Below the pieces are notes generated by a model. It searched no databases. It saw only the letters and a list, made by a program, of their open reading frames with translations, and was not told where the DNA came from. A stretch of 64,000 nt of DNA from Eledone cirrhosa (lineage: Eukaryota), in NCBI GenBank assembly GCA_964016885.1, contig OZ024742.1, forward strand, positions 244,962,001-245,026,000, given 5' to 3'. Position numbers and translations under genes: made by a program. Of the stretch, positions 1-12,116 are shown in pieces (the first letter of the stretch is position 1; the number at the start of each line of letters is the position of its first letter).

Positions 1-673
1 AATTATTTAATTTTATTTTTTATGGCAAACATATTTTAACTGAAATTTGTTGAATAAAAGTGTTCAAAATTTGAAGTCCTATCATAATAGGACAGCGAGA
101 TTTGTTTGATGAATGTTCCCTAAATAAAGACAGGTTTTGCTTTTTGTCCTGCGAGTTATTTAGTTGTCACTTTCTTCACAAAGACAAAATAGCAGACTGT
201 TCGGTCGATTTAGTTGTCGACGACTCGATAAGGAACATATACATCTAGTGTTTGATTTCATGGCTATTAGAGGTTGATTTTTTTAACTGTTAAGTAATAA
301 ATTTCTGGTAATGAACTAGTGAGAAGAAACCTATGAACATTTTATTCTTTAATTGCTCACATCTAGCTTGTGAACAAATAGATAAAGTTTACCGTATACT
401 TTATGATTAGTTACCGGATACAGAGAGTGTTATATTATAGGTGAAATAGTCATTAAAGTAATTTGGTGAGTAAAAACTTAGCTTAGAAGAAAAAGGAAAT
501 TTATTTAGATAAATGGTGACAGTTTTTTTTTCTCTATTTCTATAATATACATTTAATTATGAATAATACTTTCCCACCTAAATACATCTACTTTTGAAAA
601 ACAAAGGTGTCAATGAATGATGAGAACTTCAGAAAGCAGGTTACAATGTGGTAGACATATACAAAGGACAAAT

Positions 674-1035
674 AATTGTTTCTACGTTTGACACAAGGTC
701 AGAAATTACTTGTACTTTATTTTGTCGACCACGTAAGGATGAAAGGCAAAATTAACCTCGGCAGGATTTGAACCCAGAACGTAAAGGACCATAACTCTGT
801 GTTGCAAAGCACGGTGTCTGATGCTCTACCGATACTGCCAAACCACCGCCCTAATAATTGTTTCTACTTTAGGCACAAGGCCAGCAATTACTCAGTACAT
901 TACTGGTACTTTATTTTAACGACCCCGTAAGGATGAAAGGCAAAATTGACCTCGGCGGGATTTGAACTCGGAATGGAAAGGGCCGTAACTCTATGCATCA
1001 AAGCATGACGTCCGACCCTCTACCGATACTGCCAA
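674..1035 (-). mobile_element. Two tandem tRNA-derived SINEs (family A, Nin-domain-like)
   Basis: Minus strand: box A-like TGGCAGTATCGG, box B GAGTTCAAATCC, core GCCTTTCATCCTTACGGGGTCGATAAAATAAAGTACCAG. Confidence 0.85.
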
Positions 1036-1429
1036 TATCCAGTCATACCTCCAGACCCTCTTTTAAAATGGAAAATAAAAACAATGCGTTTTTTTTTTGT
1101 TTTGTTTTTTAAACTAATCCGAGTGTTTGGATATTTCACCCCTCTCTCTTGTTTTTTGTTATTTGTCTCCAGATCTGCACCGTTCAAGTAGATCTATTAT
1201 CAAAAACATTCCAGCCATGTTCATCTTGTCTTTTAGGGGCAGGATGAAGGACTACATTATCTAACATGTCATATTCTTTAAAGACAGTTAAGTGTAATAC
1301 GAAGATGGTTTTTCTGCTATTTCTAGTTGATGTTTCTACGTTGTTGCTTTTTCGTGACTTTGATCAATAGTCATCTACTCTAATTCTAGTGCTTAAATAA
1401 TATATTTATGTATATAATGATCATGATTT

Positions 1430-1830
1430 AATGTCCTTTTTCTACGCTTGAATAGGTTGGACAGTTTTTCTCCATCACAACGTATTGTTGTCACTTGTTC
1501 CAGTCGTTTGTCACCTCATTCTTGTTGTCCAAGCCTCTAAGATTAGCCTCCCCCATATCTTTCTAGGTCTTCTCCTGCAGGTTCCTTCAACTTGGATTGC
1601 TTGGCACCTCTGTACCCAACTGTCATCATCTATCCACGCCAACAGAGTTTCCTATCTTGTACAATCTAGCCGATTCCTCTTATACCTAGTTTTTCTTTAA
1701 GTTAATTTTCACTCCATCGTTCTAATACTACTCTTCAGGCGCAACATGCTTGTCTCATTTCTTCCTAGCCATCACACACCCTCTGCATACAATACTCATA
1801 TTTCACTATCATGCAACATCGCACATTTCC
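1430..1830 (-). mobile_element. Old LINE 3' fragment (RTE-like)
   Basis: Minus strand resembles the RGRPRKxW..WR C-terminus of RTE ORF2; heavily decayed. Confidence 0.45.
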
Positions 1831-2089
1831 TTATTCCTCCCCCACATGCAGGTCACCTAGTACTTCTGTAAACCTATGTCTGCCAGAGCGATAATTCAGT
1901 TTTCGCAACTTCCAAAGGAATTCTTGTGAAACTGATCAGTTTTGTTAAACAAGAAATCCTGGTATAATTGCTAAGATTTGTCTTTTGTTTAGCGCTAGGT
2001 CTTTATAGTAGTAAACAAACAACAACAAAAAACTGTTCAATATATATGGCAACGAGGAAACAAAAAGAAAAAAGAGGAAAATATCGGAA

Positions 2090-3300
2090 CATCACGGCCC
2101 CTTTCAACGTTTGGTACCTGACTGATGCCACGTTGGGCGGGCACAAGGGGACTGTCTGCCACAACCTGTGATCCGTGGTTCCTGCTCTGGCGAGAATCAC
2201 CCTCGAGGTCAACTCGTCTAAGTTGGAGGTGGTGAATGTCCAGCACGATGCAGAGGGCTTTACAGCTTCTGTCTCGGACATGCGATCCATTTTCTGCCAG
2301 GTGCATGCGACCCCGAAAGAAGATGTCTTCATACTCAGGTCGCCGATCCTCCCGCCGGTCATCCGCTACACCATCAAGTTCAGGCTCCAACAACTCACAA
2401 CCATCACAAGCAGACTGGGCATTATTGACGCCCATCCAGCCCTCTTCCTGTTGAGGAACTGCTTCACCATGCCGAAGCTCCTCTATACACTTCGTAGCGC
2501 TCTTTGCTAGAGCCACGCATCTCTCCTTACTGACTTCGATACTTCTATCCGAGTTGCAGCTGAGGAGATATGCAATGTCAGATTTGACGATTTGGGATGG
2601 CAACAGGCCACCTTATCTGTTAGAAACGGTGACCTTGGTCTCCCTTTCGACTGGCACGCAGCTGGATAATGATAGCATGCGAATCGGAGTTCCCCTGTGG
2701 CTCGGCCTCTGGATCTGCGAGCCAAACAAACGTCGCTCCTCCGTATCCACGGTAGACTCATTTGGTCTCCACTCGCTATCGTGTCGCTACAATGCCGACC
2801 GCCTTCCACGCCATGCTGCTCTCAATGAGGTCATAAAGCATGGCTTGGATGCTGCAGGCTTCCCCTCCCAGCTCGAGCCAGCGGGGCTGGACCAAGGAGA
2901 CAGCAAAAGGTCAGACGACATGACCATCTTCCCGTGCCGCGGCGGTAAACCCCTCATCTGGGATGCCACATGCAGCGACACATTCTCCAATGGCAACTTG
3001 GTGCAGTTTGTGACTAACCCAGGTTCTGCTGCACTTCGCGCCGAAAAGGGTAAATTCTCCAAATATCTGTCGCTCTCCGACAGGTTTGCAGTCGAGCCCC
3101 TAGCAGTGGAGACTTATGATGTCCTTGGCCCTAGGGCCACCTCCCTACTCAACTCCATCGGCACAGAGCTGGCTACCTGCAGGCGTGAGCATCGCGAGTT
3201 GGAATAGTCCTTCCGACCCATCTCCTTCATCATCCTTCGGGGAATCGCCTTCTCTATTCTGTCCGCCGGGGCTGCGGGGTGGTCGGCGCGTGGGCCCCCA
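2090..3300 (+). mobile_element. Degenerate CRE-like non-LTR retrotransposon (RT remnant and restriction-like endonuclease)
   Basis: WYLTDATLGG (YLDD-like); H-x-LSC zinc-knuckle remnant; RH..RSDD..LIWDATCSDT..AEKGKFSKY..PLAVET (PD-(D/E)xK type RLE); frameshifted. Confidence 0.8.
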
Positions 3301-3578
3301 TTTGCTCAATGGGGAGAGACGGAGGCAGTGACAGTGGGAGTTTGGTTCCTTTATGTTCAGACCTCATACACACACACACACAGATATATATATATATATA
3401 TATCTATATATATAGTATTAAGGATACTATTTATGGTTATGTATATACTAAAACCTTAGATAGTAATATATATTTTAAACCCTAGACAGTGAAAGACAGT
3501 AATTTATTACTACATTATTAACAGTAAGATAAATAGCTCAATGTAATAACATCAGTTGTTCTACAGATACAGAGCAGT

Positions 3579-4003
3579 TATATAGAAATTACATGAATCA
3601 AAGTTCTGTTCAAATCATTTATTCGCTTACAATTGTTTCTTCCAAACCAAGGTTTGGAGTCTTCGGAGCAATTTTTCAATGATTGTTTACATACATGACC
3701 TCCTTTTCAATACAAGAGACATACAGAAACATATGTATATATCGATGCACAGTGGGTTGACATCCATTATAATATTTTAGCTTGGCAATTTACATTCAAA
3801 GATTAAAATCATATTATAATGGATGTCAACCCACTGTGCATCAATATATACATATGTTTCTGTATGTCTCTTGAAAAGGAGGTCATGTATGTAAACGATC
3901 ATTGAAAAATTGCTCCGAAGACTCCAAACTTCGGTTTGGAAGAAACAATTGTAAGCGAATAAATGATTTTGAACAGAACTTTGATTCATGTAATTTCTAT
4001 ATA
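3579..4003. repeat. Fold-back element, Penelope-like pLTR-derived
   Basis: Arms 3579-3775 / 3811-4003; TA tracts at about 3385-3412 and 3998-4021; hammerhead motif in the arms. Confidence 0.85.
3910..3958 (+). ncRNA. Minimal type-I hammerhead ribozyme motif (U4C variant)
   Basis: TTGCT-CCGAAGA-CTCCAAAC(TTCG)GTTTGGA-A-GAAA-CAATTG-TA-AGCGA: stem I, cUUCGg-capped stem II, palindromic stem III, GUA site. Antisense copy at about 3623-3671. Confidence 0.7.
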
Positions 4004-4084
4004 TATATATATATATATATAATGTTTCAGAAGATCCCGTTAAGGGTGAAAGCAGCGAATTTTTGCTTAAATTTTAATCTGTTA

Positions 4085-4159
<75 letters not shown>

Positions 4160-4182
4160 TTTACGGCCTCTGCTATAGAGAA

Positions 4183-4805
4183 AGAGTTAGAAAAAAAAAG
4201 GGAATTAAGTAACAAAATAAAGGAGGAGAAGGGACGAAAGGCATTACACCCTGTCTGAACGGTGTTTCAGCTGAGCCCCACGGATAAAATGGCAAAGGTA
4301 TTGCTGCGGTCAATGACCAGTGACATAAATATGTCAGCGATAGAATTCTTTTCTTTCTATTCGATTATCTATTAAGAGGTAGTCATGCATGTAGCTAAGC
4401 TATTATTAATTTGTTTCTATTTTAGGCCAAGGCCAGCAATTACCCAGTCCATTACTGGTACTTTATTTTATCGACCCCGTAAGGATGAAAGGCAAAGTTA
4501 ACCTCGGCAGGATTTGAACTCAGATCATAAAGGGACGTAACTCTATGCTTCAAAGCATGGTGTCCGACTCTCTACCGATACTGCCAATATTATTAATTTA
4601 ATGTTTTTTTTTCAGTAAAAGTTTCCTGGTATAAATTTTGCTTATATAAATTCCCCCTCGTGCTTTTTATATATATTTAAATACGCGCACATTTATACAC
4701 AGATAAACGCATTAAAAATATATACATGTACTTAAACACACACACACATATATATATATGCATATATATATATACACACACAATATGGGATGTCCACGTA
4801 AGCAT

Positions 4806-4845
<40 letters not shown>

Positions 4846-5642
4846 TATATATATATAAGTTAAAACAATGAAATAAAAAATCAAGTCATTAGAGATATAC
4901 TTCACTGATTTAATGTATTATCATCATCTAGAAACGATCGTAAAGCAGTGAAGTATATCTCTAATGACTTGATTTTTTTATTTCATTGTTTTAACTTATA
5001 TATATATATATATATATCAATGCTTACGTGGTCATCCCATATTGTGTGTATATATATATATATGCATATATATATATGTGTGTGTGTGTTTAAGTACATG
5101 TATATATTTTTAATGTGTTTATCTGTGTATAAATGTGCGCGTATTTAAATATATATAAAAAGCACGAGGGGGAATTTATATAAGCAAAATTTATACCAGG
5201 AAACTTATACTGAAAAAAAAACATTAAATTAATAATATTGGCAGTATCGGTAGAGAGTCGGACACCATGCTTTGAAGCATAGAGTTACGTCCCTTTATGA
5301 TCTGAATTCAAATCCCGCCGAGGTTAACTTTGCCTTTCATCCTTACGGGGTCGATAAAATAAAGTACCAGTAATGGACTGGGTAATTGCTGGCCTTGGCC
5401 TAAAATAGAAACAAATTAATAATAGCTTAGCTACATGCATGACTACCTCTTAATAGATAATCGAATAGAAAGAAAAGAATTCTATCGCTGACATATTTAT
5501 GTCACTGGTCATTGACCGCAGCAATACCTTTGCCATTTTATCCGTGGGGCTCAGCTGAAACACCGTTCAGACAGGGTGTAATGCCTTTCGTCCCTTCTCC
5601 TCCTTTATTTTGTTACTTAATTCCCTTTTTTTTTCTAACTCT
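4183..5642. repeat. Long near-perfect inverted duplication (about 700-bp arms) containing a SINE
   Basis: 4183-4912 is the reverse complement of 4941-5642 with about 6 substitutions and a TA-length difference; 4912-5000 is directly repeated at 5733-5822. Confidence 0.9.
4411..4587 (-). mobile_element. SINE family A (mirror copy at 5238-5415, plus)
   Basis: Family A consensus; lies in both arms of the 4183-5642 palindrome. Confidence 0.85.
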
Positions 5643-5824
5643 GTTAAAACAGCTGGTGATATGCATGTAAGTAAATATTCTCTCTATCTGATAGTTTGTA
5701 AACTACATAGATCAATAACTGAATATAGATACAATGTATTATCACCATCTAGAAACGATCGTAAAGCAGTGAAGTATATCTCTAATGACTTGATTTTTTT
5801 ATTTCATTGTTTTAACTTATATCA

Positions 5825-6060
5825 TGACTCTGTTTTCCTTTTAATGTCTACTCCCGAGTCTCCTGTCGGTTGGTTTTGCCCGTAAAATCTGTCCAGCGAT
5901 TCTTTTCTGAGACATTCTAACCACATGACCATAGTATTGGAGCTGTGATTTCTCAATTCGGAGAAGTAACTGCTTAACTGTAACTCTCTCATGTCTGAGA
6001 TATGCCCTCTATCGAGTAACGTTACTCCAAACACCCATCAAAGGAACCCCATTTTTTCTC
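5825..6060 (-). mobile_element. RTE-like LINE 3' fragment
   Basis: Similar to 50030-50240. Confidence 0.65.
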
Positions 6061-6477
6061 CTATTCTCCCTTTTGCAATGAAATACATTTAAATATAATT
6101 TAATGAGTCCACCTTGACTGATAAAGACATATCCGATCACTTCTAAATTTCATCTAATTTTACCTGTACAAGTACAGTTTATACATAAATTCAAAAACAG
6201 CTTAACTTCGACTTCGACTCATTGGTGTATCGATGAAATATTAGATATCGAAACAAACATTTGCAGATGATAAATAAAGAAACAATACAGCATACTTAGC
6301 TTTAGCTAGCATTTTTACAAAAACAAATAAAATATATAAATATACAAATATATTTAGTCTAAACGTGAGCATTGGTTTTCTTTTGATAGAGATCTCGTAC
6401 TGATAACGACGTAAAGTATTGTTTTGAAATAGTGATAAAGAAAATCGGTTTCTTTAACTGGCATGTTTACAATATCG

Positions 6478-6762
6478 ACCCAGGTTCTGCTGCACGTCAG
6501 GCTGAGGAGGCCAAACTCTTCAAATACCGGTCGCTCTCCGACAGGTTTGCGGTCGTACCCCTGGCAGTGGAGACTTCTGGTGTTCTCGGCCCAGAGCTAC
6601 CTCCTTACTCACCACCATAAGCGCTGAGTTGGCCAGCCGCAGCTGTGAGCCCCGCGAATTGGAGTGGCTTTTCCAGCGCGTCTCCCTTGCCGTCCTCCGG
6701 GGAAACGCCTTCTCCATTCTGTCCGCCGGGGCTGTGGGTGGGTCCCATCGCGTACCGTTGTA
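6478..6762 (+). mobile_element. CRE-like LINE 3' fragment
   Basis: Similar to 3017-3300 (AEEAKLFKY..PLAVETSGVLGP). Confidence 0.75.
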
Positions 6763-7197
6763 ATTGTTGTAGAAGAAACAAGAAGACATGTCTATCGTAA
6801 AAGGCTCTAATTAAATTGTTGTTGTTGTTGATGGTGATATTTAAAGCTATACATGCTTTAAAATATAATCAGTAACTTCTCACTTAAGCACATAACTGCC
6901 ATGAAAATATGGAACATAATGTTCGCAAATTGATAATTTGATTTTAATCGCTATCGAACTTGTTTCGTTTAAAAACAAATATGTCTCAAGAGGCCAATCG
7001 AAATTTCTTTACACGGAATTCTGAAAGAATGGACGCGCTGATAAGAACGAGTCTTGACCGTATCTCCAATAAACCCGATATAAGTCTCTGATATGCTGTT
7101 ATTATCTTGTTCCGGCTTAACACAATATACATTGATTTTTGAAAGGCAAGTTCCGTTGGGACGACAGTTTTTTTATTTGGTCGCTGCATTGCGGATT

Positions 7198-7290
7198 TCC
7201 TCCGCAAAATCAGAAACACAGTAGTCCGCCTGAGAAAGGAGCCCCGCGAGGTGGGGTGACAGTTGCAGCGAGTGTCACTGACCAGTCTCA
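7198..7290 (+). mobile_element. Short CRE-like LINE fragment
   Basis: Resembles the reverse complement of about 52110-52185. Confidence 0.5.
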
Positions 7291-7347
7291 GTTGAGGTAA
7301 CAATTGTTTGTAGCAATACAATTACAGGCATGATAAAAGACTATTAT

Positions 7348-7567
7348 TGGCGGTGGATTGGCAGTATCGGTAGAGCACCGAACACCATGCTTCGTGACAT
7401 AGAGTTACGTTCTTTATGTTCTGAGTTTAAATCTTGCCAATGTTAACTTTGCCTTTCATCCTTACGGAGTCTATAAAATAAAGTACCAGTAACGCACTGG
7501 GGTCGATTTAAATGACTTTCCCCTCACCCAAAATTGTTGACCTTGTGCCTAAATCAGAAACCATTAT
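7348..7567 (+). mobile_element. SINE family A (long-tail variant)
   Basis: Family A consensus; another copy at about 8106-8325 (minus). Confidence 0.85.
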
Positions 7568-8363
7568 TGATGTTTAAAAGGTTTAATGAGTTTGCAAGTT
7601 TTTAGAGCTAGAAAAGTTAATTTTATTTGAGTTTCTTTTAAAATATTATGAATTCTATGAGTTGTAATAACCCTCATCTAAAGATAATGAAGACATACTT
7701 TTACTAATGTTAGGAATTAAATTTCGTAGACTATAAAGTGGATGATTACAATTTTTATTTATATGTAATAATCGGGGTTGTATAGTGAAGTATATACGAA
7801 ATGTTTATGTTGAATAAACATCCTTTTAGCCTCGCTATGAATTTTAAAATGTATAATAAACATCCTTTTAGCCTCACTATGAATTTTGAAAAGGATTATT
7901 ACTGCTTATATAAAATAATCTTTCATTAGGTTTTCGCATAGGAGCAAAATATATTTATATGAAAATTTAAAGTAATCTAAAAAGAACAAAAGTAAAAAGA
8001 AACGAAAAGAAACTATACTCTCATCTTTAAAAGCATATGTTTCAGATGATCCCGCTTAGAGTGAAAGCATACATTTTTTGCTTGAACTTTTAATCTGTTA
8101 ATAATAATGATTTCTAGTATAGGCACAAAGCCAGTAATTTGGGGGGAGGGGAAAGTCGATTAAATCGACCCCAGTACGTTTCTGGTGCTTTATTTTATCG
8201 ACTCTGTAAGGATGAAAGGCAAAGTTAACCTCGGTGGTATTTGAACTCAGAACGCAAAGGGCCATAACTCTATGTTGCAAAGCATGGTGTCTGGCGCTCT
8301 ACCGATACTGCCAATCCATCGCCCTTTGATAATAATAATTACACACACACACACACACACACA

Positions 8364-8442
8364 CACGGTGTCCTAAAAATGTCTACACAGTTCAACAGCA
8401 TTCTAATAAATATGTGTATACATTTTTGGGCGACAACCTGTG
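8364..8442. mobile_element. Very short Tc1-like MITE
   Basis: Imperfect TIRs CACGGTGTCCTAAAAATGT.. / ..ACATTTTTGGGCGACAACCTG. Confidence 0.5.
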
Positions 8443-8778
8443 TATATAATCGATAATTTCACATAGTTCTCGCCCATCGTATGCTTCAATGTAAACATCA
8501 AACGGTTCGTCTTTGTATTTAAATTAACCTAGCACGAGTTATCAAACACAAAAGGATTTGCTTGTATTTATAATTACCTGGTTTACTAAGTGTTACAATG
8601 GTGTTCACTCAGCAAGAGTTTGGATTAGGATGAGTTTAGCTATGGAAGAATATAATGCCATAATATCAAATTAAGTAAATTTATCGTTTTGTTTGTTATT
8701 GTTTCTACTTTTGGCACAAGGTCAGCAATTATCCCAGTGCATTACTAGTACTTTATTTTATCGACCTCGTAAGGCTGA

Positions 8779-9601
8779 TAAGTTGCTCGCTCTCTCCAAT
8801 TTTCTTTGCCATAGCCATTGACTGGGTACTAAGAAAAGCGTCTAAAGACCAGGGTATATCTTGGGTGGGAGAGCAAAAGTTGTCTGACCTGGACTTTGCG
8901 GACGATATTGCTGCACTTGCAGAGAGCACAGCTGACCTGCAAATCATTGTGAACAATATCAATGTCGAAGCAGGATGCTTAGGTCTCAATATCAGTGCCA
9001 AGAAGACCCACCACCAACCAGTGTCTTCATTGAACAGGGGAGGTGGAGATAGTGGACAACTTCACCTACCTAGGAAGCTCCATTAACAATGAGGGCACCA
9101 TGCACAGTGAACTGCAATGTAGAATGGGAAAGGCTTCAGCAGCATTTAACCAGCTTGACAAGATCTGGAAGAGCAGGAAGTTCACCCTCAAAACAAAGAT
9201 GAGATTCTACAACAGCAACGTACACACTCTTGTACGGAAGTGAAACATGGCATTCGAAAGATCCTGGGGATTAAATGGAATGACCATGTAACAAACCAGG
9301 AAGTCAGGAACCGCACCAACCAGCAGCTAGTCTCTTCTACCATCTGCAAGCGACGCCTGGGCTGGTTTGGACACGCTTTGAGACTTCCCCGGAGAGACTG
9401 GCGAACCAAGTACTTAAATGGAGCCCGCAGGAAAGCAGACGGAGAGGGCGACCCAAAATGAACTGGCGCCAGACAGTTGAGAGGGACCTGCGAGCGACAA
9501 ACAGACAATGGCGGGACGCTGTGCAACTGGCTGCTGACCAAATGTGATGGAACACTATGATTGCCTCATGCGTCGCAAGACGCGGGAGCTTCTGAGTCTG
9601 A
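8779..9601 (+). mobile_element. 5'-truncated RTE-like LINE inserted into a SINE
   Basis: LSPIFFAIAIDWV, LDFADDIA, FTYLGS, RRLGWFGH motifs with frameshifts; (CTGAGT)2 tail; TSD GTAAGGCTGA at 8769-8778 and 9602-9611; the flanks rejoin into one SINE. Confidence 0.85.
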
Positions 9602-11235
9602 GTAAGGCTGAAAGGCAAAGTTAATATCGGCGGGATTTGAATTCATACCATAAAGGGCCATAACTCTATGCTGCAAAGTATGGTGTCCGTGGCTCTACCG
9701 ATACTGCCAATCCAATTTGTTTGCTCGGTGTTTAGACATTTATCATTCAAAATAGTCTTGAGTTGTACATTTCTACGTTTTTATATACTCTTCTTGCCCA
9801 ACGATGGTGGGGCTCATCCTAAGCCAACGATCCCAAAGCATCGTCGTGCGTAGAGTTGACCAGATTCACCAGCGCCCTCCATCGCTGGCGGTCCTGTGCC
9901 AGCTCCTTTGGATCCTCCAAGGTGATGACGATCCTTTGGAGATCTATCTAATTTCAAATTCTCCGCTGTTTGTAAACAAAAGCTAAAAGCGTTGTATCTT
10001 ATGTATTCATACGCTATGATTATATAGCTTCAAATTGAATGGAAATTTGTGTGAGTGGTGTAATGGTTAACACAAGGCCATGGTAGCCAGAGATGTGGGA
10101 TTGTGTCCCATGTACGTTAATGCTCATTAATTTTTTCATTCTGTGGGTTTTTATTACTCCTATTATTAGGCTAATTTATTTAGTCAAAAATACAACGGAG
10201 GCACTATTTTACTATCTAATTATAAATTTATATTTTTTACATTCTCGTTTTTATTTAGTTTTTGTTACATACATTCGCTTGTCCTTTACCTGGCAACTCG
10301 TCTCTTTCTCCCACTCCCATCTCCTTATTTATCAAATAACGGTTATAATATATAATATCATTTTGTTCTATTTTATCCATCAGAGTCCTATGATATTCAT
10401 ATACTGTAGCTGAAGATCAGATCAGTAAAATATATGTGTAACAATTAGATAAGGATCCGCCAAAGTCTATGGAACAGTTGGTTATCCATACGGGTAAAGA
10501 GTTAGTTGAAAGTGTTGGTAAATTTTGAAAATGTTGTGGTTACACGATAATATCCTTTCCGTATTATTTAGTAGAGGGTTCTAATCTAGAAGTGTTTCCA
10601 ATAATTTCGCCGTAAAGAAGTCACCTTCTTTATTATTTTTTATGCTTTAACCTTATTTAGCATATCTCACTTCAACTCATAGGATATATTGTCATTCAGT
10701 TTCCATGTGTAGCAAGGCATTGTTGTTGAATGTCTTCTCTATATCCATCGAAAGGAGTGTGCATGTGGCTGCTATCCAATTTTAAAGTTACTAGTAGTAA
10801 AGAGTATTTACGCTTGATTGGAATTTGACATTTTTTACTAAGAATTTATATACTAAGTTCTGAGCTGAGCAATTCGAGTTTAGAGGCATATTTTAAAATC
10901 GATACAATTACAATAATTATTGTTTCTACTTAAATCTAATTTAGCTAACTTATTTGAAGCTATATTTTGGGTAAGTTTAGATGCAGTCAAGTAGGATAGT
11001 TTAGCAGCATATTTTTAAAGATTCTATAGTAATTATGCTTTGTTCATATGATGGTTAATTTCAAAAGAGAAGGCAACCAATAAGGATAATTAGATTTACT
11101 GATTAAAATCTAAATTATTCTTGAACTTTACTTAAGGTGGCATATAAAAACACTTGATAACTTTAAATAATAAGTGTTTCTGTTCAGATTTTCTCATTTC
11201 CTATGATACTTTACCCGACTTATTATTATTATCAT

Positions 11236-12116
11236 GGATTGGTAGAGGGTCGGACACCCTGCTTTGCAACACAGAGTTACGGCACTTTATGGTCTGAGTT
11301 CAAATCCCGCCGAGGTTAACTTTGCCTTTCATCCTTACGAGGTCGATAAAATAAAGTACCAGTAATGTAATAGGTAATTGTTGGCTTTGTGCCTAAAGTA
11401 GAAACAATTATATATAGGGCGGTGGATTGGCAGTATTGGTAGAGCGCCAGACACCATGCTTTGCAGCATAGAGTTTTGGCCCTTTAAATTCTGAGTTCAA
11501 ATCCCGCCGAGGTTAACTTTGCCTTTTATCCTCACGGGGTCGATAAAATAAAGTACTATTAATGCACTGGGATAATTGCTGGCCTTGTGCCAAAAGTAGA
11601 AACAATTATTTTTATTATCTTATATATATATATATATATTCTAGCCAATTAAGATAGGACTTATAACCCTACTGAAACTCAATGTAGTCTAGATATGAAT
11701 ATCCCATCGACAAAGCGAAATTTGTTTTTCTGGAAAAGTAGTGCCTTCGTACATGTTGAGTCAGATATTATAACGAGGTTTAGTATCTAAATTAATCCAT
11801 TGTTTTACGACCGTTTCAAAGGGCAAACTAATTTAAGATATTATCGATATATTTATGGAAACATTGTTTCTGAGGATGAACGGCAAAATTGATGAATTGG
11901 ATCGAAACTTTACTATGGACTGGCATAACTGCTATCGACCAGTATCAGTAGAGAGTAGGACGCCATGCTTTGACGCATAGAGTTACAGCCCTTGCCATTC
12001 TGAGTTCAAATCCCGCCGAGGTTAACTTTGCCTTTCATCCTTACGGGGTCGATAAAATAAAGTACCAGTAATACACTGGGTAATTGCTGGCCTTGTGCCA
12101 AAAGTAGAAACAATTA
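11236..12116 (+). mobile_element. Three SINE family A copies (11236-11410, 11417-11608, 11940-12116)
   Basis: Family A consensus. Confidence 0.85.

Noticed and set aside
4021-4090. Hammerhead-like CAGAWGA..GAAA in a short repeat also present at about 8035-8100
   Set aside because: The core has U4A and stems I and III could not be formed; possibly a PLE remnant but not supportable as a ribozyme.
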